Assembly (NCBI RefSeq): GCF_016432865.1
Contig: NC_067400.1
Coordinates: 333,126,001-333,190,000, forward strand
Origin: Antechinus flavipes
Taxonomy: Eukaryota
Direction of reading: 5' to 3'
Length of the DNA stretch: 64,000 nt
A model generated the notes under the pieces. That model was not told the origin of the DNA, ran no database searches, and was given only the letters and a program-made list of their open reading frames with translations. This document shows positions 12,092-24,277 of the stretch, piece by piece. A program made the position numbers and the translations under genes. Each line of letters begins with the position of its first letter. The first letter of the stretch is position 1.

Positions 12092-13288
12092 ATCTTGGTG
12101 AGGCATTTAACTCTCTGGATTTCAGTTTTCTCATCTGTGAAATGAGGGAGTTGGACTAAATGTCTTCTGAGGTTCCTTCCAATAATAAGTGCTTAATAAA
12201 TTCTTGTTTGCTAATTGAAAAGAATCTATAATCCAACAATCCATAAATACCCATAGTAGGACTTCAGAATTTTCTTGTTCAAATTAACTCAACTGAAAAT
12301 ATAGCAATCAGGAATCAAGAACAGACCAGAGATATAACTAGAATGAGGCAAATAAAGCCTTCTTCAAGTGCTGGAATACAATGAGATGGACATAATTCCT
12401 TCTTTATTGAGGGTTAAGCCATTATCATTGAATATAAGAATTATCCAATCCACCATACTTTGTCTCTGCAGTAGAGAAAGCTGAACTGACCATCTCCCCT
12501 CCTGGTGTGACTTCATCACACCCTATTCCCCTCCTCAATTATTTTCATCATGGCTAGGAAAAAACCCTAGTTCCTCTGTAAAGAACTGGCTATATCTTGT
12601 GAAATGCAAGAAAATATACTGAAAAGATCAAAAGTGTCAATATTCAATTAAGTTTAGCAAATCTTTATTTTCTGACCATGTATTCTCAGTAGAGAATATT
12701 TTAAAAAGAAATACAGACTTTGCCCTCAGATAACTTAAAGTCATATATAGAAGCAAACTATCAATCAATCAATCAATCTATCTACCTAAATAAAACTTCT
12801 AGGCAACAATATGAGACAATGCATGATGAATCCTGAAATTTATATTAAAATGAAAAAATTGAAGCTAAGAGAGATCAAATGACTTTTTCAAAGATACACC
12901 TAATAAGTGAGGCAAGATTTGATCCCAGATTTGATGCCACATCTAATTCTTTCTTGTACCATCTGACCTCAATAGGCATTTAATAAGTGATTGTAGGTAT
13001 TTAATAAGTGCTTGTAAATTGATTGATTGATAAATTATTACAGATAACAAGCACTACAGAAGTTCAGAGAAAAAAGAAATCACAGTAATTTGTAATAATC
13101 AGGGAAGGTTTTAGAGAGGAAGGGAGACAAACTGAGCTGTACAGTATAAATAGGACCTAGATAGATAGAAAGGAAATGTGAGAGGATTCTAGGAATGATG
13201 TTAGCAGACTTTTTGAGACTTATAAGGACTTGGGAGCAAAATGGAATTTCTTAACCTTCCTCCCTTTGAAAAATATCATGATTAGTTC

Positions 13289-14355
13289 TGGGGGCAGAAC
13301 CAAAATGGTAGAGTAAAGCTAGAAAGCTGCTTGAGCTTTTCTAATTTCTCTAGAAAACCACATGAACCAAGTCTTTAATCATAGTCTGATAGAAGAAACC
13401 CCTCTTTATCTTAAGATAGATTGAAAGGACTTCAAGAAATGTCAGTCTCACTAGGGTGTTCAGCCAAGCTTAGCTTGTCTGGGAAATCCAGTGAAAGGGT
13501 CTTAATCATAGCAGATCAGCAACTGAGATCCTCAAATCTGGCTCCATAGCAGAGAAGACCAGTGGGGCAGTCTCCAGTTCAAGATCAGAAGGCAAATCTC
13601 CAGCCAGGAAACCAGGCTGTTTCCTGCAGAGAACAGGTAGGGCTAACTTCTGCTGATGGCAAGACATCAAACACAATGTGCTCAAAGCCAATGCTCAGAG
13701 CTATACAGGAAGCTTCAGAGAGCACCTCTTTACCCCAGAAGCAGACCATTAAAAAAAAAAAAAAGGAAATACAAAAAGGGAAGTAAAGAAAATGATCAAG
13801 AAACAGAAAATAACCTTGATCATAGAAAGTCATTATTGTTACAGAAAAAACCAAAACACCTACTCAGATGAAGAAAAAAATGTCCTTAGAGAGAATCTCA
13901 CAGAGTTATACGAATTGGTCTAAAGCCCAAAGAAGCTTCTTGAAAGAACTCTTAAAAGATTTTTAAAGGAAATAAGAGAGAAGAAAAAATGAGAAAAGAA
14001 ATGAGAGATATGCCAGAGAGAGCGAACTAACAATTTGGAAAAGGAAGGAGAAAATGATGAGAAAACAATTCCTTAAAAAATACAATTGTCCAAATAAAAA
14101 ATGCACTGAAAAAAACAATACCTTGGAAAGTAGAATTAATCAAATAAAAAAAAAAGATACAAAAGCTAATTGAAGGAAATCACACGTTAAAAACTAGAAT
14201 AGAGCAAATGGAAGTGAATGATTATGAGACATTAAGAATCAGTCAAACAAATAATGATAAAATAGAAGGAAAAAATTACATTGGAAAACCAGCAAACCTG
14301 AAAAATAAATCCAGGAGAGACAATTTAAACATTTTTGGTCTACTTAAAGACTATG

Positions 14356-14356
<1 letters not shown>
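13289..14356 (+). mobile_element. L1 5' UTR plus degenerate ORF1 fragment
   Basis: Starts gggggcagaaccaaaatggtagag, a decayed form of the L1 5' end ggggcggagccaagatggcgg. ORF 14208-14438 contains LKNKSRRDNLNIFGL, matching the ORF1 RRM motif (LENRSRRxNLRIxGL). Ends at an (AT)n tract. Confidence 0.85.

Positions 14357-14388
<32 letters not shown>
14357..14388. repeat. (AT)n microsatellite
   Basis: Direct reading. Confidence 0.95.
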
Positions 14389-14391
<3 letters not shown>

Positions 14392-14604
14392 ATTTAACGA
14401 AAAATACTCTGATTATTCTGCCACTGAGAAAATGCTAATAATTAGAAATGGTTTTTGCTATTCAGTACTATAAAAAAGCTTAATTATATAAGTATCTACC
14501 CTAGAAAAGAATTATTAAATCCTCTTATTTGACTAGTTTTCTGAAGGAGTTGTCTGAGGCACACATCATTTAAGTGCCAGTCACTGAGAGAGAAGTTCAT
14601 GGAG

Positions 14605-14750
14605 GTAAGGAGGAAGGAAAGAAGGAAAAAAGGAAGGAAGGAAGGAAGAAAGAAAGAAAGAAAGGAAAAGAAGAGAGGGAAGGAGAGAGATAAGGAGGGG
14701 ATGGGTGAACAGAGACGGGGGGAGGAAGAAAAGAGAAAAGGAGGCAGAAC
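14605..14750. repeat. Polypurine (GGAA/GAAA-type) low-complexity tract
   Basis: aaggaaggaaggaaggaagaaagaaagaaagaaagg... Confidence 0.9.
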
Positions 14751-15214
14751 CAAATAAATAATAAATGGGTGGGTGAATGCATGCTCAGGGAGGTAAATAA
14801 ATAAACAAATAAGCAAGCTTTATGAAACATTTATTTCATATACAAAATTTTAATTTTCCGGTTTACTTATGGAAATGCTACATTTTCTGTTTATTAAGTT
14901 ACAAATAAAAAATGGAAAACCCATTTTATTTTTTCCACAATTTAATTGTTAAGAAATGAATTGTTAAGAAATTTGCTTTCAGTTCTGTCATTTTGATCTA
15001 GATATAAGTATCTATTCCATTTGAAAATATAGAATTACATAGTAGTGAGAATAAAAATGAAAAAAAAATTGACGTGAAAGAGCTTTGAAAAGTACAGAGC
15101 TGCCTAGGAATATTAGTAGTAGCAGTGCAGTTATTGATGTTGTTGCTGAACATTTCTGTTGGGCAGAGCATAGTGCTAAGGACAGGCAGAGATGTCAACA
15201 ATCAGAAAAGTATA

Positions 15215-15480
15215 TATATATTGACTAGTTTCACCTTTTTTGTTTGCTTGCTTTTTCTTTCTTATGTTTTTTCTTCCCTTTGTTCTTACTTTTCTTTCAC
15301 AACATGACTAATATGGAAAGATCTTTAGAATAATTGTATATGTATAACATATCAGATTGGTTGCTGTCTTTGAGAAGAATGGAGGGAAGGAGAGGGAAGG
15401 AGAACAAATTGGAACTCAAGATCTTATTAAAAATGTTTAAAACTATCTTTATGTGTAATTGGAACATTTAAAATCCTAGA
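15215..15480 (+). mobile_element. Old L1 3' UTR terminal fragment
   Basis: tttcttttcacaacatgactaatatggaaa-like block, then ggagggaaggagagggaaggagaacaaattggaactcaagat, typical of a marsupial L1 3' end. Confidence 0.75.
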
Positions 15481-16065
15481 GAAATTTTTTTAAAGGATAT
15501 ATACCTTGAACTCTTTTCCTAATAGTAGGGATGGATTTTCATTAAACCCTTCACTTTCTAAACTATTCTCTCCATGAACAATAGCATTCATTTTATAAAA
15601 TAAATGGGTAGCATTGAGAATATAGACTATATCCATAAATTAGAGGTTTGTGGGTATGTTTCTTCTCAAAATGAAGTTCATTTGTCCTAAATTGGGGTTA
15701 GTTTCCAATCTGGGAGCTTTATATGTCTGGACAAATTGGCCTATGCATAAACTATATAAAATTGAGAAGAAGGAGATATGTTGTATATATTTGTGTAAAG
15801 TACATGAATTTAAGAGTCTGGATCAAAATCATCCCTATAGTCTAATGAATTGGTGTGGCTGATCTTGGTGCCATGTTTTACGTGCTCTTTCTGCTGGTGA
15901 CTTTGCAGTGGCCAGAGAGGCAGCAAGTGAGAAACTCATGTGGTCCCCAGATAGTTCTAGGAAACAGACAGTTTGTGTCTGTCTATATTAGTCTGTAATA
16001 TTACCACATCACTGTCTACAATATGATTTGGGCAAATTTTGTTTGGAAAGCCCATAGTTCTATGA

Positions 16066-16267
16066 CAGTGATTCTCAAATTTTTGTTTTCAGTATCTTTA
16101 TCCTATTAAAAATTATTGAGGATCTCTCCAAAGTGTTTTTGTTTATTTGGATTATATTTATAGATATTTACCATATTGGAAATAAAAACTATTTTTGAAT
16201 TTTTAGACCCTCTAAAAGGGTTTCAGAGATCCCCAGGATTCTCTAGACCATACTTTGAGAACCACTG
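16066..16267. mobile_element. hAT-Charlie-type non-autonomous DNA transposon (MITE)
   Basis: Terminal inverted repeats cagtgattctcaaa (16066) and tttgagaaccactg (ends 16267), 13/14 match. The 8-bp TSD is not preserved. Confidence 0.85.
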
Positions 16268-17026
16268 TATGAGCTCTGAATGGTTTTTTACATTTTTAAA
16301 TATAATAAAATTTTATTTTTAGTACGGAAACCATCCTTAGTTCATGACTCATATAATAATGTATGGCATAGATTTGACATAGTTTGTTAAACCCTGCCCT
16401 ACATCCATCTTTAGCACAAGACAGGTGTTCTAGTATCTCCTTTCATATACATATAGACACACATGGCTTCCCTTTAATGAAATCTCCACCCTTAAAAAAT
16501 GCCCTTGATGTCTACTCCAATTCTTATCATATAAATATATTGGGCATAGGCCCAATCCTATAATCACATTGCACAGCCCATGATTAATAGACATAGTTAT
16601 AATTACTCTTGATCCTCACTAACTTAAAATATAACATTGGGCAAATATTTAACATCTCTATGCTTCAGTTTTCAACACTTTGAGTACTATGCTACTCTGA
16701 GTTCTCTTTATTCCTATTTTCATTTTTGTTTGGATTAATCAATTGAACAACTCTACGTGAATCCAAAGTCAAACTCTTTCCAAAAGTATGTAGAGTATAC
16801 TTTCTTTCTCTCACTCTTAGAAAATTTATGCTTGGATCAAATGGTTTGGACATATTTTGAAAGTCAAAGATTGAAGACTGACCTCAATTTACGTAAAGTG
16901 AACTTTATTTTTGAGAATATACACACAACCTCCTATTTCATGAATACAGACTACATTTCCCACCCCCTAAGCATCCATCTTCTAAATGCATGCTGTTGTT
17001 CATGGGCAGAGCAGTTAAGAGTAGAC

Positions 17027-17050
17027 GGTTCAGTGAACTCAATGTGAACC
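17027..17050 (-). promoter_or_regulatory. Candidate nuclear-receptor element: DR5 RARE plus overlapping IR1
   Basis: Minus strand 17050-17034 reads GGTTCA-CATTG-AGTTCA (consensus RGKTCA-n5-RGKTCA). Plus strand 17027-17039 reads GGTTCA-g-TGAACT (IR1). Lies in repeat-free sequence. Confidence 0.5.
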
Positions 17051-17649
17051 AGTTAGTTTTGCTATTCTATGGTTCCAGTTTGAATCCCAACTTCAGGCAG
17101 ATGTTGAGTGAAAAATGTGTGCCATTGGTTTAAAGGAAAAGGGGCAAGAGACCATGGATGGTTCATTGCAAATCTATCCTTGGTAATTTCAAAGACAGCT
17201 CACAACATCTGCGCCACTGATGGCTGGTCAATAGTTTCATTTCTATGTGCAGAGGACTGCAAATTCCTGAGATGGTCATTTAAAATCCCGACATCTGGAA
17301 AGGGGGGATGGGAAGCCTAGAGGATGCAATTCTGGGAGTGTGTCAGACTACTCCTACAGAGGTGGATTGACACACACAGTGTGACTGCTCATATGGTCTC
17401 ATTTTAGGGATACTGAAAAGTTAATATACTATTGCCCCCACAGTTGTTAGTGGTAGCTGAAATTTCCAATATTATATTCACTATTTTGGTTTAGATGGTC
17501 CCTATTAAAATGGAAGCAAATTCTGATACAGTGATAAGACAGAAAACTTTGGGGTCAGGTCTGATTTGACTTTCTCTTAACTATAGTCATGGAACCTAAA
17601 TTTGGGGGGGGCAGGGTTCCAAAAGAATAAAGTGGATCAATGATACAAT

Positions 17650-17905
17650 AGGTAACAACAACCGTTGTAATAATAATTAGCTCTCATGTAGTATTTTAAG
17701 ATTTGAAAAGTGCTGTATATGTGTTATCTTGCAACCACTCTGGGAGGTATGTGCTGTTATTATCTCTTTTTTAATAGATGAGGAAACTGAGGCTGAGAGA
17801 AATTTTCTAAAAATCGTAAAACTAGTCAAGTATCCAAGGCAGAATTTAATCCAAGGCAGATCTTCTTGCCTTCAAGTCTAGTGTTCCGGCCTACTATTCC
17901 GCCTA
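17650..17905 (-). mobile_element. MIR SINE
   Basis: ttttaatagatgaggaaactgaggctgagag...ggcagaatttaatccaaggcagatcttcttgccttcaag. Confidence 0.8.
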
Positions 17906-17944
17906 TCTTTCTATTAATAAAGATGTGCTTTACTATGATGTAGT

Positions 17945-18558
17945 ATTTTTAATTATAGTTTTTTTTTACAAGATATATGCATGGGCAATTTTACAGCATT
18001 GACAATTGTCAAACCTTTTGTTCCAACTTTTCTCCTCCTTCCCCCCACCCCTTCCCCCAGATAGCAGATTGCCCCATACATATTAAATATGTTAAAGTAT
18101 AAATTAAATACAATATATGTATATATGTCCAAACCATTATTTTGCTGTACAAAAAGAATTGGACTCTGAAATATTGTACAATTAGCCTGTAAAGGAAATC
18201 AAAAATTCAGGTGGACAAAAATAGAGGGATTGGAAATTCTATGTAGTGGTTCATAGTCATCTCCCAGAGTTCTTTCCCTGGGTGTTTCTGGTTCAGTTCA
18301 TTACTGCTCTATTGGAAATGATTTGGTTCATCTCCTTGCTGGAGAGGACCAGGTCCATCAGAATTGATCATCATATATTATTGTTGTTGAGGTATATAAT
18401 GGTCTCCTGGTCCTGCTCATTTCACTCAGCGTCAGTTCATGTAAGTCTCGCCAGTCCTCTCTGTATTCCTCCTGCTGGTCATTTCTTACAAAACAATAAT
18501 ATTCCATAACATTCATATACCACAATTTATTCAGCCATTCTCCAATTGATGGGCATCC
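17945..18558 (-). mobile_element. 5'-truncated L1 3' fragment with imperfect TSD
   Basis: L1 3' UTR and ORF2 end. Flanks ctatgatgtagt (17933-17944) and ctatgatatagt (18559-18570), the latter followed by ttaa. Confidence 0.9.
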
Positions 18559-20700
18559 CTATGATATAGTTTAAGTCACACAAAGAGAGGCTGGGGGAAG
18601 GGTCATTCTGTCTGTTACTCTACCAGATTATCAATTAATGAAGAGGTGCTTTGATATATTGTGATTTAATTCCCACAAAGAAAGGCCAAAGGACTAAAAT
18701 TAATACCTGGGGATAAGAGTATATGAGAACAAGGACAGTGAAGAAATAATACAACCAGGGTAGCTGGTAGGTCTTCACCAGCTATAGGATGGTCTTCAGG
18801 CCATGGCAAAAAAAATCAGTAAAGTATGGTCCTTCCAAGGTGCTTCTCATGGACCTTGGCACATCTCGCTCTGCCAAGCTCTTAGTCACTTTGCCTGCTA
18901 ATGCAGGATACTTGGATTTGGATCACCTTTACACTAACTAAAGCAGTCAAAGATTGTCTTTTTAGCAATCTAAGTCTGAAAATTTACCCACTATGACTTA
19001 CAATTAATTGGACGTGACCTTGATGATCTAGTAACAATTCTGTATGTTATGGAAATGAAGCCATGAGGAATAAAATTATTTTTCCCAAGGTCACAGAGGT
19101 GATGGCAGAACAAAAACTGGACATCTCAAACTTCAGAAAAGCAACAGACTGGAGGTTATAAAAGGAAGCAGAGATGGTCTTATATTGTCAATTATAAATT
19201 TTATCCTTTATTCAAAAATCACTTTCGCATAACACAAGATCAGGTAGCAAGTGATAATTTTTTCTTTTAAGAGTTGTTACTGGAAAAAAAATCTACTAGG
19301 TCATGGAGAGATTATAATCATTGCTGACAGAGGGAGCTCCTACACAGAAGACATCACAGGTTCTTTTAAGAATTGAAATATTTAAATTTTCACTTAAAAC
19401 TGAGATATGGAAATTGTCACATTTGGTTTGATCTAAGGTTCAGCTAATTCTTTGATCTGTTGCTTGGCAGATATTCCAGAAGATGCAGCATGAGAGGGGT
19501 GAATGGCTTCCCTTCTTGATAATCAGCCCTCAAAGTGCCACAAATTCTCTGAGAAGTTATTTATGACCTGAACAATTGTGAATTTGATCAAATACATTTT
19601 TAATTGATCCATTTATATTTTTGGCAGAAAAACTATCAATATCCTGAAAAGCAAACATTTATTCTAACATTATAGGAATATTGCTATGGGTAGATAAAGC
19701 ATTGGGTAATGGATTAAATATTGATGGAGTTAAGAAAGTCCGAGATTAAATGGGATTAATATTTATTTTCATCTGTAAAATAAAAAGATTGAATTTTATG
19801 GTCTCTAAGGTTCTATCCAGTGCTCTAAATCTGTAATCTTGAAATGTAGTCATGGAGTCCTAGTGATCATTATGGCATCAAGAATGAGACCATCAATACA
19901 CACATGAGAACTGTTGCTTTGCCTCCTTTATCTTCACTATTTGTGGCTCTGTGAGGCTGCCACAGTGTGGAGAAAGCTCCTAGCTGGCCAGTCACCAATT
20001 GGGAAGCTCCCATATTGTTTCCCAGACTGCAGTCCTGCCCTTTTACTTCTGGAGCAAATCCAGAGCCTTTGGCTCTGCTTGTTGATGGCAGATCCGAGAG
20101 CCAAGATGGTTTCTTTTCAATCATTGGCATTCTGTACAACCAGTCTTCCTTCCAGAGTAGTCATTGGCAAATGTTTCCTACCAGCTCTAAACTGCCTCCT
20201 TTTTCTGGCTTGGAAAAACTATAGCTCTCAGAATAAACGTATATTAATTTCAAAGGAGAAAAAGAAATGATTTCTCTAAATTATTATTGGATTGTATGTA
20301 TCTCCCTCTATATGTTGTTATTTCTCTCTGAACTTTTTCCTCTTTTTTTCCTGTAGTCACCTCCATTTTAGACTGTTTATAATTTCTTGTCAGTTTTTTT
20401 TTTAATCCATGTCAAAGATATGCATGTAGATTGTGTAATCTCACAGAAGGAACCACAATGATCAGGAAACCTTTTCTTAAAGGGGGTCATGATTTTTAAT
20501 TTTTCATACCTATCCTTGGTTTCCATTTTCAGACTTCCATTGTCTTTGAGAGTTGCTTAGAGAACTGAGGGGTGAAATGATTTGATCAAAATTATACATT
20601 CACTATGGTTCAGGGTCAGAATTTCAACAAAGGTCTTCCAGGTTCTTAGACTCTATGCAAAACCACTTCTCCCAATTCCCACAGTTGATGTAATTGTAGT

Positions 20701-20775
20701 CACCAAATGATGTGGTTTAGGAGGGCACCAAATAATGAGATTGATGTGGGCACCAAATATTGGGGTTCGGTCATG
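20701..20775. repeat. Degenerate 25-bp tandem triplication
   Basis: caccaaat at 20701, 20726 and 20751; units 1 and 2 match at 19/25. Confidence 0.7.
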
Positions 20776-21393
20776 TGAAGAATTCATAGTGGCCATTCTC
20801 TTGCCAAAAGTTAGGTTTATTTCGGAGAAAAGTTTACAGACAAATGAAAAGTTATAATAGACCCCAAAAGTAGTAAATATGAAATAAAGTTGGGAGAGCA
20901 TGTAGTTGATGAGGAAAGGGGTTTTAACAATTAATGATGGAAAAGACAAGTTCCCTAGTGAAACTTATAATTAACCAGTAGAAAGGAAACACACCATGAG
21001 GTTGGAGCATTCTGTTAGCTGGCAGGATACATCCATAGAGGAGTTTAGCATCCTAAAAGAGTGAGTTAGCTCTAACTATATATATAACTATATAATTATA
21101 ACTGATCTCCCCATCAGTGCCCTTCTCTGCCTGCCCCAGAAAGCAGTTCCATCAATGCTCCAGTCTCTACCAACTATACCCAGTTACATCATAGCCATCC
21201 TCAGTTCCCATTTTCAGATGCTCATGTAGGCTTTTCAAAAAAAATCTTTCACAGTTTCTTCATAATTATCCATTTTACAGATGAGAAAACTGATTGAGAG
21301 TTTAAGTACACACAAGTCTTGCGGATCAAACTAACTCTCAAACCCAGACCCCCCAAGTCCTTGGCTTTTTCCTCATTTCAATATTTGTACATG

Positions 21394-21396
<3 letters not shown>

Positions 21397-21424
<28 letters not shown>
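21397..21424. repeat. (AC)n microsatellite
   Basis: Direct reading. Confidence 0.95.
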
Positions 21425-22964
21425 TCATACATACCTAGTAACAAAGAACAGATATAAAGGGTGATCATGATAGTTTATGTACTTCATTCTCTATGTGAGT
21501 TTCACTTGTATTCTAAGCCTCTTCCTGAAAGGTTTCTTAACCTTCCTAGGTTTCTTAATGATGATCCTTATCTTACAATTGAAAGAAAATAATTTGTCCC
21601 CTTGAAACTTAACACAGCACTTGGCACATAGGAAATACTCAATAAGTGGGTATCGATTGATTCATTCTCTCATCTAACAAAAATATTAGATACCTATCCT
21701 GTATAATTCCCTGTTCTGAGACCAATGGGAAAATAGTGAGACAAATTAAACTGATTAACTAATGATGACTGAGGGAAAAAAACCATAGGGAAATGCAAAC
21801 AGATGGAGAGGAAGCTAGAAAGAAGATAATCCAACTACATTATACAGAAGTCAGGAATATATTTAATAGACTAAAGATAATAAATAATTCCATTGTCTCC
21901 TCAATGCCTTTAGAAACTGAGTATTTTCTAGTGGTACCTGTGCTTCCATACATGAGCAAACACTTGGCTTATTGATCATTGCTCTTTAGTTGATAAGATC
22001 AATTCAATGGAATGTGGTCATTAGGACAAGTATAAAAGGTAGATTACCAAAGAGTCTTTGTGCTGAGCAGCTTCCATCCATGAGATGAGTCTTGTCTTTA
22101 CAGTGTAAGACTATTTCTAGTATCACTGTCCTATACTGATCAATATCATACAGGTTAATTGACCATTTACCAAACACCATTGAGGAATAAATTCTACTTA
22201 AGAATTATTAAGTGAATTTTTAAAATTATTATAAATCTCATTGGATTAATCACTTAATCACCTTAAGTCTCACTTTTCTCATTTGTAAAATTTGTTTTAA
22301 AAAATTTAATGTAAAATTGTAAAATGTTTAAAAAAAAAAGGTGAAACTAGGTGGTCTCTGAGGTTCCTTCTAAACCTAGATCTATGATTCAAACTCAGAA
22401 CTCTTTTACATGAACATATATTACATATTTCCTTGACCCAGAATCAAAGGATTGGAATTTTAAAAAACCTTTCAGGGTGATTTATAGAATATAGTTCAGG
22501 GAGTAGGTGCTGGAGGGGATCTCAGGAATCACCTTGTACAACCTCTTTATTTTTCAGATGAGAAAACAGTCTCAAGAAGATTGACTTCCTTAGCCCAGAT
22601 CATATAAGTTAAAAAAAATAGCAGGGTTGGGATTTAGACTATGCCCTTTGCTAGCCAGTCCAGCACTTGTTTTTAACCTACTTGGCATTGCCTCTGCTCC
22701 TCATTACTAGCAGTTTGACCTCTCTCAAAGGTATTTTCTTCTTTTTAGTACTTGGGATCTTATCATTTATGGACTTGGAAGCCAGAAAGTCAAGTTTGTT
22801 AGAATTGTATCTATTATAATATAAAATAAATTCTGAGTGAGGACCTGGGGGCTTACCTGTAAGTAAAATGCATAAGCTACAGGACAATAAGTTAATGACA
22901 ATTATTATGATTGCTCAGATTTTTTTTCCCATTTCTACTCTTTTTTGGCTTCTCTATAGAAAAT

Positions 22965-23165
22965 TAGTTAAGTAGAAAGAATTCTGGATTCAACCAGAGA
23001 ACCTGGTTTTGAATCTTAGTGTGAATCTTAGACTCATTACCATTGTGACCTTGATAATGTTATTTTCACCTTATTCTGCCAGCCTCAGCTTCCTCTTCTG
23101 TACAATGAGAAATCTGAAAAAGATGATGTCTAAAGTGCTATCCAATTCTAATTCTATGATTCTAA
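22965..23165 (+). mobile_element. MIR SINE
   Basis: agaacctggttttgaatcttag...gcctcagcttcctcttctgtacaatgag. Confidence 0.7.
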
Positions 23166-24277
23166 GTGAGGTATTAATATGCCATGAAGACAGGATGGTG
23201 TCAACACATGGAGAGAATGAGACTGCATTTTCATTCATTTTTCAAGGAATGAACTATTTTGAGTAAGGCACCCGGACAATGAGAGTATACCTGTCTGTAT
23301 CCAAGAAACACCATCTGCTTTTGAAAATGTAGAATAACTAGGAAATTAATTTGGACAAGGAAACTGTTTGCCTCTTCCTCTCAGTATGGCACTGTATGCT
23401 TCATATTAATTTTTTTCTGTATTTCATCCAAGAATATTAGAATGTGAGTTTAGCTGTGTATTCTCCCAACTATGAATCACAGACCCTGTAAATGGGAAGC
23501 ATTAGGACATGGAAAAAAATCTATATATTGTGTTTGTAGTTTGTACTTACTGTAGTGATTTGAGGGATGGAGTAAGCTGGCTCAAATATGAATCAGAAAG
23601 ATGTGCATGTATATAACAAAGGAATTAATGTGGATAGGAAGTGGTATAGCCTTAGCTTTAATTTCATAAAAAATGGATTTGTAGGCTACCTTCTTGTGGT
23701 TCTAGAATCTGTCGTTTATTTGAACTAGAACATTATAGAAACTAATCCATTCACCTGCTGTTACTTCAAACCACAGCTGCTTCTCATTTTAAGAAATCCA
23801 AAGTCCTTTGCCACAAATGATCATTTTGAAGCCAAATCAATTATCCATCATTGTGGGTTCAACACAGGGCTTTTGGAACTAATAGTGTATCATCTCAGCT
23901 TACTGAAATCATACACTGACTTTCCAGGCCAATTGTTTATCTAAAGAAAAACAAGTGGAGTGACTGAGAGTCCCTTCCAAATCAATATAGAGATGAATGA
24001 AGGCCCCATGGGCTAGCTGTAACCCAAAATCTCATTGTCCTCTCGGAGAAAATGCTATTTGTTTTCTGGTCATTTAGAGATGCCCTTTACTTGCAAGATT
24101 TCAAAAGGTTTTCACTGTTTCAGATTTATTTTATCTATGCTGGTTAAAATGGCTATGAGAGATGATGTCAATCAGGAGGCCACATAATGTTATTAGAATC
24201 TAGAATGATTTGTTATATAAATTATTTCATCTGTTCTTCATGTCTTATCCCTAAGTTCTTAGAAAAACTGTCTAAAG

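Noticed and set aside
23268-23280. REST/NRSE-like gcacccggacaa
   Set aside because: The spacing between GCACC and GGACA is 1 rather than 2 nt, and the flanks do not match the RE1 consensus.
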